From NCBI GenBank assembly GCA_020536535.1, contig JAHLWZ010000836.1, positions 1 to 64,000 on the forward strand: DNA of 64,000 bases, written 5' to 3'. A model generated the notes under the pieces. The model had not been told where the DNA came from and searched no databases. It worked only from the letters and a program-made list of their open reading frames with translations. The DNA comes from Pelomyxa schiedti. Lineage: Eukaryota > Protista > Evosea. Shown here one piece after another: positions 60,996 to 64,000 of the stretch; position 1 is the first letter of the stretch; each line of letters opens with the position of its first letter. The position numbers and the translations under genes are program-made.

Positions 60996-62724
60996 ATGTC
61001 GGCAACAACTGGGGAGGAGGCGCGGGTGATGGTGGCCAGACTGTGCGGCACGGCCTCCCGCCCCGGTATGCGCCTTGTGGGCGTTGTGGCTACCGTGGCC
61101 CTGGCCTGGGTGTCGCTGCTGCACTTCGACTCGTACGGCGGGGAGCAGGCGCGGCTGCTGGCCCGCGTGGCTGCAGCGGGGGGGTGCGGCCTGGGCCTTG
61201 GTGCAGGCGCAGGCACGGGCGGCGGTGCCTCCCGTGGCGGCGACCCGAGCGGAGGAGCTGCTACGAGCCACGGCGTGGTGCAATTCGGGCGGTTCTACTA
61301 CCCTTGGGTTTGGCTCTCCTCCCGTGCTTAGTTGTTTTTTTTTTTCGTTCCCCCTGTTTTTGTTATAGTTGGTTATGGGTGTGTTAGTATTTATTTCATT
61401 TCGCCAGGTCAACTATACTTATCAAGTCGATGGAGTTAAGTTTAGTAGCAGGATGTGCAGACCACTAGATGACTACTGTGGATCATACTCTGGCATTATT
61501 GAGGCTGAAGCTGCATTGAACAAGTCAGTTTCCCTTGCATCGGCGTTTCTTCCTCATGTTGTATTTTAGGGTATTAAATTTTGACACGATGGTCATTCAC
61601 AGTGTCTGTGTCGATCCTGCTGATCCTTCTGTACATTCTTCCTTAATGTCTGATAATGGAATTATGCCAAGTAATTCACTATTGTAGGTAGCCTTCTTAG
61701 AGCCAGCGGCTTCATTTAGACCGTATCTCCTTTTCCTGCTTTTACCTGCGGAAATTGTAATTGCTCTCCTGTCCATCTTTGCTGTTGGACCCTTCCATGG
61801 GAATCCTTACCTTAGCCCTTATGTGACAAAACGAAATTGCTTCATTTTTTATTTTGTAATCTGTCCAAACTAAAAATGACCATACCAACTCAATGGTAGA
61901 ATCGCCTTTCAACAGCAATGCAGCGCAAACTCTTAGCCCTCTTGGCTTTTGCTTGGTTTCTATGTCTTCACCTCGTTTTTTACAAATATCATACAAGGTA
62001 ATCCTTCATTTTATCTTTCCAGTGATTAACCACTTAGCCCAGGAACCCATTCAATGAACCTAGTAACTTACATTCAAGGTCAGCTACTGTTCTTTGGTGT
62101 GTTCTGAAGAAATGTAAAACGTAATTAATTAACAATTGCAAGGAATTCTGGCCTACATCCGGCTTAAACTCTCTAAAAAGCCCCTGCTTTCTAATCCTAC
62201 ATTAATTATCGAGCAGGACAATGTCACCGGACTCCCCATTGCAATGGGGCAAGATTTCACAGTAAACACCATGCTGCCACACTTGACCTAATCCCACAAT
62301 CCTTCCAATTCAGATTACCGTGGAGTTCAGTGTGCTTGAGAACACTGTGATCAATGACGCCAGTGTGCAACTGCAGTGCACCGCGTTCCGCGGAGACAAG
62401 GCACTTGGATTCCACGGCAGGAAAACCAAGCCGGCACTCTCGACTAGCTGCGTTGGGCACATGATACACCGAGGCGAGCAAGTGCGAATCCACTACGGCG
62501 TGTTCAACGTGCCGACTCCATCTTCCGACAAGAAGGACCTGCTGTGCTGCCACGCACAAATGAAAGAAGCCAGGGGCAGTGGTACAATAGTGGGGCCACC
62601 AAAGTGCGTATTCAGCTGGGCGATTGTGCACCAGATCGATGTGATGCTAGCCAGTGATGTTTCCCACCTTGATACACCCAGGCACCATTTCGATGTTGGA
62701 ATTTGGGAGACAAACTGCACATAG
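60996..62724 (+). CDS. Hypothetical multi-exon membrane protein
   Basis: N-terminal hydrophobic segment LVGVVATVALAWVSLL, further hydrophobic exons near 61.75-61.98 kb, last exon ITVEFSVLENT...ETNCT* after a CAG acceptor; exon model incomplete. Confidence 0.45.
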
Positions 62725-62954
62725 GGCCTGCAACAAAAAAAGTTCCAGATTGGTAGTATGCTTTTTGGCATTGACACACTTCTCACTTTCGAGAGTCCTG
62801 GAATACAGTGTTTTTCTTTTGTGAAGATTGGCATGAGAAGTCCCCAGGAAAAAAAAATCCCAAACTTTTGTGCTGAGAGCAACACCCTGATTCATCAAAA
62901 CGAATTTTTTAGTGTGAGTCCCAAAGTTAATAATATCCTTCAGAGCTCATGCCG

Positions 62955-64000
62955 TCACGGGAAAAACTCAACAATGACTGAACCACTTCCATACAGTGAC
63001 GACAAGCCAACAGAACAGCCCTCTGCCCCGGGATTGTGGATGAACGAACCACCCCAACCCCCACCCGTGCCACACACAGCACCCACCCGATGCCACACAG
63101 AGTAGGACCACCTGAACACTCCACGCCCGCCCCGTCTCCGCGCCAATCACTACTGCACTACCGCCACCGCCACCTCCCCCCCCAAAACCGCCATTCCCAA
63201 AATCTTTGGGGCTATCATAGCTGCTAGCCCCAAAGAAGAGAAGGGGGTTTCCCCCAGACTTCCCTCCAGTGCCGCCAAAGCGTGGGGACTTACCACCTTC
63301 GGCTGCTGGATCGGACATTGATGTGCTGCCGGCACAGCCATTAGAGATCCAGCCAGCCCCTCCTCCTGCCCAGATGGTTGGCCCCGTTTTGGAATCCATA
63401 CTTGTGGGCTGCGGCTCACCACCACCCCCACCTGTGCCTCCACCACTAGACAGGCGGTTCCCGTGTGTGCCGTTGCGTGTTAGGCTGGCATCCTGGCCAT
63501 TGCTTGTACTTCCCCCCCCTCCACCTCCTGCACATATTAAAATGTTGCCAGAACCGTGCTCCCAGACGAATGTACCTCCGCCACCTCCTCCATTTCTAGC
63601 TCTGGTTTCACCCCCCTGACCAACAAGGATGGCGATCACTGCGCCTTCTTCAATTGCCAAGAATGATGTAACAACAGCCCCACGCCCTCCTTTGGCCCCG
63701 AAATTTTTGGCATCACCACCACTTGCTCCAATAGCAGTGAATTTATACATTCCTGAGAATGGAACGATCCAACGCTGTATTCCTCCTGAAAGTGTGACAC
63801 TCATTTGGAATGGTGAACTATAGCCAACAGTGGTCGGTTCTTCTTTGATTCTCCCATCAAGTGAGGTGAACTGGAATATCCTTGCTGCTTTGACTATTGC
63901 AATGACTTGCGTCAATTTCGCCGCTTGTGTGCGATTGTCTGTTTCCAATTGCTGGCACAGTCTTGACAAGCGTAGAATTTCCTCATTGCAATGAATTTCT
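62955..64000 (-). CDS. 3' part of a second coiled-coil + glycine-rich-domain gene (paralog of 42631-44885), apparently frameshifted near its end
   Basis: GGIQRWIVPFSGMYKFTAIGASGG..GGRGA..ILVGQGG..GGGGGGTFV..CAGGGGG; the homologous ending GGSF...GSGSVIVEFFP* lies in another frame (62955-63146). Confidence 0.75.

Noticed and set aside
1-64000. Non-standard genetic code or recoding
   Set aside because: Every in-frame stop I examined in conserved genes was explained by an intron or a single-base indel; TAA, TAG and TGA all serve as terminators.

Overview
Gene-dense eukaryotic (protist) DNA: short AT-rich GT-AG introns (mostly about 30-100 nt), short intergenic gaps, about 30 protein-coding genes, and no prokaryotic features. 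IFT88 (flagellum), the intron style and the expanded Sel1/ankyrin/hypothetical families suggest a flagellated amoebozoan such as an archamoeba (Pelomyxa-like); this is inference, not a database result. Recognisable genes: three GH3 amido-synthetase paralogs, two Sel1-repeat paralogs, NBR1-like, IFT88, GH85 ENGase, FHA-RING, Cdc123-like ATP-grasp, MINDY, HxxxD acyltransferase, RasGEF, expansin-like, SDR, C39-like peptidase, two TRIM-like/glycine-rich-domain genes, PSF1, DPB2, SMC2, a HAD hydrolase, and a PARP-like ART directly upstream of a Nudix domain. Two RNA genes absent from the ORF track were found by eye: a U5 snRNA (about 21.2-21.3 kb) and a circularly permuted tRNA-Asn(GUU) (27386-27466, minus strand). 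In that tRNA the 3' half precedes the 5' half and the junction lies at about 43/44; it is the top finding. Other leads: a probable ART-Nudix fusion, hypervariable pocket segments in otherwise near-identical GH3 paralogs, and a dispersed palindromic element of about 78 bp. Exon boundaries were worked out by hand and several 5' ends are approximate.
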